Origin: Planctomycetota bacterium
GTDB lineage: Bacteria; Planctomycetota; UBA11346
Reading direction: 5' to 3'
Assembly: GCA_023150565.1 (NCBI GenBank)
Contig: JAKLKR010000003.1
Span: 17,823 to 81,822 of the forward strand
Length of the DNA: 64,000 nt
A program made the translations under genes and the position numbers. Shown piece by piece: positions 1-7,832 of the stretch. The notes below the pieces were generated by a model, which saw only the letters and a list, made by a program, of their open reading frames with translations, did no database searches and was not told the origin of the DNA. The stretch's first letter is position 1. Each line of letters begins with the position of its first letter.

Positions 1-1065
1 TACCTGCTCGACACCCCCGAACCCGGCGAGATGCGCTCGTTCGTCTACGAGAGCCTGGCGCGCGGCGCCGATTCCCTGCTGTTCTTCCGCTGGCGCACCT
101 GCCGCATGGGCGCCGAGGAGTACTGGTGCGGCATCCTCGACCACGACAGCGTGCCGCGCCGGCGCTACGCCGAGGTCGCCGCCATCGGCGCCGAGCTGGC
201 GCGGGTCGGCCCGGCGCTGCTGGGCACCGCGGTGCGGGTCGAGGCGGCGGTGGCGGACGGCGACCTCGCGGTCGAGACCGCGGCGGCCTCCTACAGCTGC
301 GGCCTCGACCTGGGCGAGGCCACGCGCGACGCCCACCGCGCGCTGCTGCATGCCGGGCTGGCCGCCGGCCTGGTCCATCCCGCCGACGACCTGTCCACCC
401 TGGGCCTCTACATCATCCCAGGCTGGGAGCTGATCGACCCCGCCTGGGTGGCGCCGCTGGAGCGCTGGGTGGCGGCCGGCGGGGTGCTGGTGATCGGCCC
501 GCGCTCGGGCACGCGCACCCCCGACAACCGCATCACCGCCGACACCTGGCCGGGGGTGCTGCGCCCGCTCGCCGGCGCCACGGTGCAGGAGTTCGGCCGC
601 CTCAACCACCCCGCCTCGCGCCCCTTCACCCTGGAGCTGGCCGGTCGCGCGCTGCCCGCCAGCGGCTGGTACGAACTGCTCGCCCCCGACGCGGACACCG
701 CGGTGGTGGCGCGCTGGCGCGGCCGCCACCTCGACAACCAGCCGGCGATCACACGCCGCGCCCACGGCCGCGGCCAGGTGTTCTACGTCGGCACCTGGCT
801 GGACGCCGCGCTGTGGGAGGCGCTGCTGCCGGTGGTGCTGGCCACCACCACCCTGCGCCCGCTGCTGCCCGGCTGCCCTCCGGCAGTCCATGTCAGCGTG
901 CGCGAAAATGCCACCCGTCGCCTGTGGTTCGCCATCAACCACGGCGAGCAGCCGGCCACCGTGCCGCTGCCCCCCGGCCTCGACCTGGTCAGCGGCCGCC
1001 GCAGCGACGGGCCCATGACCCTGGAGCGCTTCGGGGTGGCGGTGGTGCAGACAGAGGCGGGATGA
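1..1065 (+). CDS. Beta-galactosidase, glycoside hydrolase family 42, C-terminal ~354 aa (5' end lies upstream of the window)
   Basis: Frame 1 is open from base 1. 'SLARGADSLLFFRWRTCRMGAEEYWCGILDHD' matches the conserved end of the GH42 TIM barrel. It is followed by a GATase-like trimerisation domain ('VAAGGVLVIGPRSG') and a small C-terminal beta domain. Confidence 0.8.
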   Translation, partial: YLLDTPEPGEMRSFVYESLARGADSLLFFRWRTCRMGAEEYWCGILDHDSVPRRRYAEVAAIGAELARVGPALLGTAVRVEAAVADGDLAVETAAASYSCGLDLGEATRDAHRALLHAGLAAGLVHPADDLSTLGLYIIPGWELIDPAWVAPLERWVAAGGVLVIGPRSGTRTPDNRITADTWPGVLRPLAGATVQEFGRLNHPASRPFTLELAGRALPASGWYELLAPDADTAVVARWRGRHLDNQPAITRRAHGRGQVFYVGTWLDAALWEALLPVVLATTTLRPLLPGCPPAVHVSVRENATRRLWFAINHGEQPATVPLPPGLDLVSGRRSDGPMTLERFGVAVVQTEAG

Positions 1066-1078
1066 CGGAACGAAGCGC

Positions 1079-1108
1079 CCATCCATAAAGGGGCCATCCA
1101 TAAAGGGG
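1079..1108. repeat. Tandem direct repeat CCATCCATAAAGGGG x2
   Basis: Read directly: 1079-1093 and 1094-1108 are identical. The second unit runs into the left arm of the 1102-1143 palindrome. Confidence 0.9.
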
Positions 1109-1143
1109 CCACACCACCTTGCACAAGGTGGTGTGGCCCCTTT
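1102..1143. terminator. 42-bp near-perfect palindrome AAAGGGGCCACACCACCTTG-CA-CAAGGTGGTGTGGCCCCTTT; probable bidirectional terminator after the GH42 gene and best-preserved copy of a local palindrome family
   Basis: The 20-bp arms are perfectly complementary, flanked by AAA/TTT, and lie 37 bp after the GH42 stop codon. Confidence 0.55.
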
Positions 1144-1266
1144 AAAAAGCGGCCCCTTTTAAATAACGCAGGATGTGCGGCTATATCCGGCGAAACCAGT
1201 TGTCGAATGGCACAGGAAGAACATCTTCGGCAAAATTGGCTGAACAGTTAATGGCGCGGGGCACAC

Positions 1267-1304
1267 AAAGGGGCCACACAATCTTATTAAGGTGATGTGG
1301 CCGC
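1267..1304. repeat. Degenerate second copy of the GGGGCCACAC palindrome
   Basis: AAAGGGGCCACACAATCTTA..TAAGGTGATGTGGCCGC. The outer 7 bp (GGCCACA/TGTGGCC) still pair and both arms align to the 1102-1143 arms. Confidence 0.6.
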
Positions 1305-1332
1305 TGTATATCCCCCGTGAGCAGTCGTGACT

Positions 1333-1437
1333 GTGGCGCTGCCCCCCGGCCTCGACCTGGTCAGCGGTCTCCGTAGTGACGGCCCCGTGACCCTGGAGCG
1401 CTTCGAGGTGGCGGCGGTGCAGACCGGGGTGGGGTGA
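1333..1437 (+). pseudogene. Orphan diverged duplicate of the last 34 codons plus stop of the GH42 gene
   Basis: 1333-1437 aligns colinearly to 961-1065 at roughly 85-90% identity. It encodes VALPPGLDLVSGLRSDGPVTLERFEVAAVQTGVG* versus the native VPLPPGLDLVSGRRSDGPMTLERFGVAVVQTEAG*. An in-frame TGA lies 5 codons upstream, so it is not part of a longer gene. Confidence 0.85.
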
Positions 1438-1464
1438 TGGACGTAGATAGATAGAGGCGAGCGC

Positions 1465-1508
1465 AAAGGGGAACACCTCTAAATATACAGAGTGGTGTGG
1501 CCCCCTTT
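1465..1508. repeat. Third, degenerate copy of the GGGGCCACAC palindrome
   Basis: AAAGGGGAACACCTCT..AGAGTGGTGTGGCCCCCTTT. It sits after the orphan GH42 3' copy in the same relative position that the 1102-1143 palindrome has after the native gene end. Confidence 0.6.
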
Positions 1509-1822
1509 GCACTTGTGCAGTCGTTGAAGCAAGTTCGGACCCGCATGCTGCCTGAAGTGCGGCCAGCGATTTCAGGGTCCACTCATCGCGGGTTTCCGCC
1601 TCAGCAATATTTAGGAGGGAAAGAAGAAAAAGCAGGGCTCGTATTGGCAATTTCATGTGAAGTGCTGGATAAGGGGCACAACGAACCACGCCACCATTTA
1701 TTCCAGCGGAGCGTCGGAGACTCCCAAACCCGTCCCTGATCACAATCCCAGCCCCATGATCCAAGCGGAATTTCCCCTCTGCGCTCCCCGCAGGCAAGCG
1801 GCAGGCCCAGGTCAACGGAAGT

Positions 1823-1836
1823 TGCAACCGGTTGTA
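1823..1836. promoter_or_regulatory. Putative LacI-family operator TGCAACCGGTTGTA (13/14 match to the palindrome TGCAACCGGTTGCA), overlapping a TATAAT box
   Basis: One of four copies of the same 14-mer in the window. The TATAAT at 1835-1840 ends 5 nt before the ATG at 1846, which suggests a leaderless or near-leaderless mRNA. Confidence 0.55.
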
Positions 1837-1845
1837 TAATACGGT

Positions 1846-4800
1846 ATGCTGACCTCCATGTGCAACCTCCGCGGTCTCTGCCCCACCCTGCTGCTGATCG
1901 CCTGCAGCGCGCTTGCCGCGGCCGAGCCGGGGCTGGTCCCGGTCGCCACCACCAACGTGCCTGCCGGCCAGGAGTTGCGCGGCTTCGGCCGGGTGGGCAG
2001 CGCGACCACCGTGCTGCGCGGGGCGGCCGGCGAGGCCATCCTCGGCACCTTCCGCTGCCAGGACGCCGCCCATGCCCGCGTGCTGGCCGGCAAGTACCTG
2101 GCCGACCTCGACCTGTCGCCCGGCACCGCCACCGTGCCCGCCAAGACCGGCGGCGGGGTGCCGATGCGCACCCTGGCGGGCGGCGCCTCCGTGCTGGTGG
2201 CGGTGGCCGGGGCCACGGTGCAGGTGCTGGCCGCGTCCGACGCCGCCACCCTCTCCACCGCCCTGGCCGAGCGCCCGGACCTGGCGCGCGGGGCGGTGGA
2301 CAAGGCCGACTACCCCAGCTTCCTCGACCGCTTCGACCGCTACGGCTTCGGCTTCTACGGCTTCGCCGGCTGGGGGAACCGCACCCGGGTGGCCTACGAC
2401 CTCAAGAACCTCGGCCACCAGCTCAAGGCCGAGGACGTCAACCCGCTCGACGACCTGGACTGGTGCGTCAAGGGCGGCTGGCGCTTCGAGCCCTGGCTCG
2501 ACCCCGCCCACTTCGATGACAGCGACGGCATCATCAAGAACACCGAGGTCGAGTGGCAGGTCGCCAAGGCCAAGGAGGCCGGGCTCAACCTCTCGTTCCG
2601 CGTCTACGCCGACGCCGGCGGCGCCGGCTGGTCGGGGCGGCGCTTCGCCGACCTGCTCGAGCAGCCCTTCGCCTTCCTCACCAGCGGCTGGCACGGCCGC
2701 CACGACAACTGGAAGTCCGACCCGCACTTCAGCTGGTCCTCGCTCGACGTGCAGAAGTACATCGCGGTGAAGACCATGGACCTGATGCGCACGCAGGTGG
2801 CGCAGCCGCACGTGATGGGCTGGATGCACCCACACGGCGAGCTGGTGCACAGCGAGTGGTACGACAAGCACGCCGACCGCTCGGTCCTGGCCCAGCGCGA
2901 CTGGCGCGCCTGGCTCGGCCAGCGCTGCACCCTGGCCGAGGCCAGCGCGCTGTTCGACCGCGCCAAGCGCCCGTTCGCCAGCTGGGACGAGGTGCCGGTG
3001 CCGGAGTTCGCCACCTTCGCCGGCCTCGACGGCCAGATCGCCGACCTCGGCGGCATCTGGTGGGCGCGGCGCGAGCCGGCGGTCGACCCCAAGACCCCCG
3101 ACAACGCCCTGCCCCGGCCGGGGATCGAGCAGCAGTGGTGGGAGGGCGAGGCCGACCAGGCCTGGACGCGCATCGCCGCCCCCGGCGACGACCGCATGCA
3201 GCAGCTGCTGAGGAAGGCGGGCGGCAAGGACGCCACCTGGTTCAAGCGCGGCTTCGACCTCGACGCCGGCGACCTGGCGCGCGCCGGAAAGGTCTACCTC
3301 TACTGGTTCCCGATGAGCAGCCGCGGCCTGCACGTGGGCAAGGCCCCGCGCTTCAACCAGGTGTGGGTCAACGGCCAGGAGGCGGGCGAGGTCGGCTCGT
3401 GGGGCGCGCTCGACGTCAGCAAGCTGGTGCATGCCGGGCAGAACCGCATCGCCGTGCGCCTGCTCGGCGACACCTGGGACGGGCGCATGTTCCTGTCCAG
3501 CGAGGCGCCGTCGGTCTACCCCTACCTCGCCGGCGGCAAGAACCGCCTGTGGCTGCTGTGGGACGACTGGCGCAAGGACATCAAGCACCGCGGCTGGGAC
3601 GTGATCCTCGACGGCATGCGCCAGGTCGACCCCGAGCGCCCGGTGAAATTCATGGCCCCCAAGGCCTTCGGCGACAGCCGCTGGCTCGACCTGGCGACCC
3701 GCTGGGGCGGCTTCGGGCACTTCACCGGCGAAGGCATGTGGTTCTTCCCCTGGTACAAGCGCGGCAGCTTCCTGCACGGCCTGCCCGGCACCTCGGAGAT
3801 GGCCGGCCCCGCCAACAACCTGGCGGAGATGTTCGACACCTACCGCCGCATCTTCCTCGCCGGCCTCAACGGCCACGACGCGGTGTTCCTCGCCCAGCAC
3901 TACACCCGCATCCCCGAGCTGCGGAAGTTCGTCGAGGACCATGCCGCGGTGCTGCACCAGATGGGCAAGTACGACCTGCACGGCAGCCAGGTGCTGATCC
4001 ACCGCAGCGCGCGCAACGTCACCGGCATCGTGCCCAGCGCGCCGCATCCCGGCCTGGGCGAGAAGACCCGCGAGGTGCAGAGCCCGTGGGACTGGGACCT
4101 CGGCCGCGGCAGCCTGCAGGCGCTCGGGCACTCCTACGTCTACCTCGACGACGCCGCCCTCGCCGAGGGGCGCATGACCGGCTACACCACCCTGGTCGAC
4201 TGCGGCAACGAGATCCTCGATCCCGCCGCGCTGGCGAAGATCGGCGAATGGGTCGAGGCCGGCGGCACCTACGTCGCCTTCGCCATGACCGGGCGCAACT
4301 CGCTGGAGCAGCCCGACGCCTGGCAGGTGCAGCGCCTCGCCGGCTGCTCGGTCGCCAAGCTGCGCACCCCCGGCAAGGGCACCGTCACCATCGCCAAGGA
4401 CAGCGCGCTGTTCCCCGGCCTGGGCGGGAAGCAGTTCCCCGACCTCGGCCACTGCACCGACTGGCAGGGCGGCAACCACTGCCTGTGGGATGTGGCGCTG
4501 CAGCCCGGCGCCGGCGCCGAGGTCGCCGCCACCTACGAGGACGGCTCCGCCGCCGTGCTGCGGGTGAGGAAGGGCGCCGGCCAGATCATCCTGCTCGGCA
4601 GCTCGTTCTGGCGCGGCGCCGCCGACCGCAAAGGCATCTGGTGGCCCGAGCAGCACGAGAGCGAGGTGCTGGGCGCGCTGCTCGCCGGCGTCGGCCAGCA
4701 GCCCCAGGTCACCAGCAGCGACCGCCTGGTGTGGGCGCAGCCCTACCGCTCGAACAACGGCCTCGACGCGGTGGCCTGCCTGGTGAGCTGGAACGACGAC

Positions 4801-5916
4801 CAGGAGGTCGCCACCACCGTGCGCATGCGCGTGCCGCGCAAGCCGGCGGCGGTGCGGGTGTTCGAGGTCGGCGGCGAACGCGAGCTGCCCTTCCAGTGGG
4901 CCGACGGGGTCGCCACCGTCGAGCTGAGCATGCCCGCCAAGGAGGTGAAGGTGGTGCGCTGCCAGGGCGTCTACGCCCCCGGCGAGGCGCTGGCGCACTG
5001 GTGGGACTACCAGCAGCGCATCTGGCACGGCCTGGCCAAGCCGGCGATCGACTTCACCCCCTACACCCAGGGGCGCTGGGCCGATCCCACCCTCGACCTG
5101 CGCCGCGAGGTGCGCTGGACCGCCGAGGCGCCCCAGGGCGAGGCCTGGAAGCGCCCGGGCTTCGACGCCCAGGCGTGGAAGGCGATGCCGGCGCTGGGGG
5201 TGCTCACCCTCGATGCCGGCGCGCCCACCGGCAAGCCGCTGTGGGTGCGCAAGTCGTTCACCCTGCCCGCCCACTGGCAGGCCCAGGGCGGCAGCGTGCG
5301 CCTGGTCTCGGGCGCCTGGTTCCACGGCGACCACTACCTGGGCAAGGCCCGGCTGAGCCTCAACGGCACGGTGCTGCACGAGCCGCCCGGCAGGAGCTAC
5401 CAGGACTTCGACGTCACCGCCCTGCTCAGGCCGGGCGAGAACGTGGTCACCGTCGAGCTCGCCGGCGACCGCGAGCAGACCGGCATCATCGCCCAGATGT
5501 ACCTCTACCACCGCGCCCCGGCCCAGGCCGCCCTCGACCTCGCCGGCACCTGGAACGGCACCGGCAAGGGCGGGGTCCCGGTCGAGGCCCGGCTGCCGGG
5601 CGAGGCGGCGATCAACCGTCCGACCCTCATGCTCACCGTGCCGGCGGAATGGAGCGGGTCGCGCGTGCGCCTGGTCAGCGAGGGCGACAGGGATTCGGTG
5701 CTGGGCGCGTGGGTGAACGGCCGCCTGGTGCGCCGCCACCACCACGCCCTGCACGGCCACACCGACATCGACATCACCGCCCACCTGCGCTTCGGCGAAG
5801 CCAACGAGATCGTGCTGGCGCGCGCCGGCGACCAGAACGGCGGCCCGGTCGATCACACCCGGGTCGAGAAGGTGCGCATCGACAGCATCCGCCTCGAACG
5901 CTTCGCGCAGCCATGA
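1846..5916 (+). CDS. Exported ~1355-aa multidomain glycoside-hydrolase-like protein (family not assignable by eye); paralog of 12264..16133
   Basis: Signal peptide 'LLLIACSALAAAEP'. Blocks shared with the paralog: FASWDEVPVPEF/FASWDQVPIPMDY, GHFTGEGMWFFPW/GHNTGEGGFFRPW and WVEAGGTYVAFAMTGR/WVEAGGTFVALHQTGR (a GH42-like GATase-fold domain). C-terminal galactose-binding-like domains. GC3-rich codon usage. Confidence 0.8.
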   Translation: MLTSMCNLRGLCPTLLLIACSALAAAEPGLVPVATTNVPAGQELRGFGRVGSATTVLRGAAGEAILGTFRCQDAAHARVLAGKYLADLDLSPGTATVPAKTGGGVPMRTLAGGASVLVAVAGATVQVLAASDAATLSTALAERPDLARGAVDKADYPSFLDRFDRYGFGFYGFAGWGNRTRVAYDLKNLGHQLKAEDVNPLDDLDWCVKGGWRFEPWLDPAHFDDSDGIIKNTEVEWQVAKAKEAGLNLSFRVYADAGGAGWSGRRFADLLEQPFAFLTSGWHGRHDNWKSDPHFSWSSLDVQKYIAVKTMDLMRTQVAQPHVMGWMHPHGELVHSEWYDKHADRSVLAQRDWRAWLGQRCTLAEASALFDRAKRPFASWDEVPVPEFATFAGLDGQIADLGGIWWARREPAVDPKTPDNALPRPGIEQQWWEGEADQAWTRIAAPGDDRMQQLLRKAGGKDATWFKRGFDLDAGDLARAGKVYLYWFPMSSRGLHVGKAPRFNQVWVNGQEAGEVGSWGALDVSKLVHAGQNRIAVRLLGDTWDGRMFLSSEAPSVYPYLAGGKNRLWLLWDDWRKDIKHRGWDVILDGMRQVDPERPVKFMAPKAFGDSRWLDLATRWGGFGHFTGEGMWFFPWYKRGSFLHGLPGTSEMAGPANNLAEMFDTYRRIFLAGLNGHDAVFLAQHYTRIPELRKFVEDHAAVLHQMGKYDLHGSQVLIHRSARNVTGIVPSAPHPGLGEKTREVQSPWDWDLGRGSLQALGHSYVYLDDAALAEGRMTGYTTLVDCGNEILDPAALAKIGEWVEAGGTYVAFAMTGRNSLEQPDAWQVQRLAGCSVAKLRTPGKGTVTIAKDSALFPGLGGKQFPDLGHCTDWQGGNHCLWDVALQPGAGAEVAATYEDGSAAVLRVRKGAGQIILLGSSFWRGAADRKGIWWPEQHESEVLGALLAGVGQQPQVTSSDRLVWAQPYRSNNGLDAVACLVSWNDDQEVATTVRMRVPRKPAAVRVFEVGGERELPFQWADGVATVELSMPAKEVKVVRCQGVYAPGEALAHWWDYQQRIWHGLAKPAIDFTPYTQGRWADPTLDLRREVRWTAEAPQGEAWKRPGFDAQAWKAMPALGVLTLDAGAPTGKPLWVRKSFTLPAHWQAQGGSVRLVSGAWFHGDHYLGKARLSLNGTVLHEPPGRSYQDFDVTALLRPGENVVTVELAGDREQTGIIAQMYLYHRAPAQAALDLAGTWNGTGKGGVPVEARLPGEAAINRPTLMLTVPAEWSGSRVRLVSEGDRDSVLGAWVNGRLVRRHHHALHGHTDIDITAHLRFGEANEIVLARAGDQNGGPVDHTRVEKVRIDSIRLERFAQP

Positions 5917-7805
5917 TCGACCAAAGCGAAGCTCGCGAGCGCCTGTACGCCGCCCACCGTCCCACCATCACCCGCTGGTGGGACGCCGACGGGCGCTTCA
6001 CGTGGCCCCAGGCCCCGGAGCATCACGGCGGCCTGCGCGCCATCCTCTGGCACTGCCTGTCCTACCTCGGCGGCGACGCCGAGTGCGTGCGCCGGGCCAA
6101 CGCGGTCATCCGCGCGCACCACCACCAGCAGCCCTGCCACTTCGCTCCCGGGGCGGCGATCGACGTGCTGGCGATGCACCGCGCCCGGCTGGAGCCCGAC
6201 GTCGCCGCGCTGCTGACCCGCTACCTCGAGCTGAACCTGTCGTACATGTCGACCGAGGACCTCAAGATCCACGGCTACAACGACAACCATCCCTTCAAGG
6301 CCATGCACGCCCTGATCCTGGGCGGCGAGCTGCTGGGCAGCCGCCAGCTGGTGGAGTGCGGGCTGCACAAGCTGCGCCAGGCCCTGGCGGTGTACCGCCG
6401 CAACGGCCTGCCCTGCGAATACAACTCGCCCACCTACACCCCGGTATCGCTGGTGCCGCTGGCGCACCTGGCCGAGCACGCCCGCGAGCCGGAGGCGCGC
6501 GACACCGCCCTGCGCCTGGAGCGCTTCTTCTGGCAGGACCTGGCGCTGCACTGGGATCCCCGCGCCGGCCTGCCCGCCGGCCCGCTCAGCCGCGGCTACG
6601 TCAACGACCACACCGGCCTGCTGGGCGGCGCCACCATGCTGCTCGCCCACCTCTTCCCGCAGCGCTTCCCCTTCAGCGTCGCCGACGAGCTGTTCACCAA
6701 GGGCGCGGCCAGCCGCCTGGTCGATCCCGCCACCATCGCGCGCTCGCTGCCGTTCTACGCCGCCCACCCGATCTGGTACGCCAGCGCCGACTACCACCTC
6801 GACGCGGCGATCGAGCGCGCGCTGTTCGACAAGCCGGCCGGCGCCTGCGTGCGTGGCACCGCCGAAACCGGCACCTGGGGCATCGGCTGGGACGATCCCG
6901 CCAAGCGCCCGGCCGACGCCCCCAAGGTCCATCACGCCGGCCCGCGGCGCAGCCTGTGCACCACCTGGTTCGGCCGCCGCCACAGCCTGGGCACCGCCCA
7001 GTACAGCTGGCTCGACAACGGCCAGGCGCACGGCTTCCTCGCCACCCTCGCCGGGCCGGTGGACGGCGACCAGACCGGGGCGGCGACGTGGTTCGCGCGC
7101 ATGTTCTTCGACGAGCGCTGCCCCTACGCCGAGCCGCCGCACACCGCCGACTGCTTCCGCGACGACGGCGACATCCGCACCCTCCAGCACCAGTCCACCG
7201 CCCTCGTGCTGTACAACCCCCATCCCCTCAACGGCCGCTTCAAGCGTCTGCGCACCGGGGTGTTCCGGCCGCTGGCCTTCACCCGCCCCAAGTCGGTGTG
7301 GATCGGCGAGACCGAGGCCCCGGCGCTCAACCTCACGGTCGACCGCCTGGCGCCGGTGGCGGTCGACGAGGGTGGCCACTACGTCGGCATCGTGCCGCTG
7401 CGCCTGCACGACCGCGGCAACTGCCGCAAGGCCCACCTGCAGGTCAGCGACCGCGGCGGCAAGCTGGCGGTGCTGATCTCGTCCTTCGAGGGCTGGGGGC
7501 CGCAGGCCTTCACCTACGAGCAGATCGTCGAGACCTGCTCGGGCTTCGCCTTCGAGATCCGCGACGCCGCCGACTTCGCCTCGTTCGCCGATTTCCGCCG
7601 CTGGCTGGCGGCGGCCACGGTCGAGGACGACTACTACGCCGACATGCGCACCACCGCCTACCGCCGCGACGGGCTGGAGCTGGCCACCTGCTATTCGCCG
7701 TACCAGTCCGCCTTCCGCTTCGCCGCCATCGATGGCGAGGCGCTGGCGGTGCCGACCCTGGCGATCACCGGCATGCCCGATCCCGGCCACGCCATCTCCC
7801 GCTGA
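5913..7805 (+). CDS. Conserved hypothetical protein (630 aa, no signal peptide), translationally coupled to the upstream GH-like gene
   Basis: ATGA start/stop overlap at 5913-5916. The product looks coherent and non-repetitive ('GYNDNHPFKAMHALILGG', 'NGLPCEYNSPTYTP'). No family recognised by eye. Confidence 0.7.
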   Translation: MIDQSEARERLYAAHRPTITRWWDADGRFTWPQAPEHHGGLRAILWHCLSYLGGDAECVRRANAVIRAHHHQQPCHFAPGAAIDVLAMHRARLEPDVAALLTRYLELNLSYMSTEDLKIHGYNDNHPFKAMHALILGGELLGSRQLVECGLHKLRQALAVYRRNGLPCEYNSPTYTPVSLVPLAHLAEHAREPEARDTALRLERFFWQDLALHWDPRAGLPAGPLSRGYVNDHTGLLGGATMLLAHLFPQRFPFSVADELFTKGAASRLVDPATIARSLPFYAAHPIWYASADYHLDAAIERALFDKPAGACVRGTAETGTWGIGWDDPAKRPADAPKVHHAGPRRSLCTTWFGRRHSLGTAQYSWLDNGQAHGFLATLAGPVDGDQTGAATWFARMFFDERCPYAEPPHTADCFRDDGDIRTLQHQSTALVLYNPHPLNGRFKRLRTGVFRPLAFTRPKSVWIGETEAPALNLTVDRLAPVAVDEGGHYVGIVPLRLHDRGNCRKAHLQVSDRGGKLAVLISSFEGWGPQAFTYEQIVETCSGFAFEIRDAADFASFADFRRWLAAATVEDDYYADMRTTAYRRDGLELATCYSPYQSAFRFAAIDGEALAVPTLAITGMPDPGHAISR

Positions 7806-7832
7806 GCGGGCCGGGGGACAGCCACCGCTCAG
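7802..7832. terminator. Short hairpin CTGAGCGG-N15-CCGCTCAG between convergent genes; both stop codons lie in the arms
   Basis: The 8-bp arms are complementary. TGA (7803-7805) and the reverse-strand TGA (7829-7831) are inside the arms. Confidence 0.4.

Noticed and set aside
1159-1656. Minus-strand ORF beginning MKLPIRALLFLLSLLNIAEA (a convincing signal-peptide-like N-terminus) in the low-GC spacer
   Set aside because: After about 50 codons it runs antisense through the palindromes and the orphan GH42 fragment. It has no Shine-Dalgarno sequence and AT-rich codons unlike the genome. At best it is the 5' remnant of a destroyed gene, so it was not called.
1159-5856. 1565-aa minus-strand ORF, the longest in this part of the track
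   Set aside because: It is antisense to the well-supported 1846..5916 gene. The product is low-complexity and Ala/Gly/Arg/His-rich with no recognisable domains. This is the typical stop-codon-free shadow frame of very GC-rich DNA.
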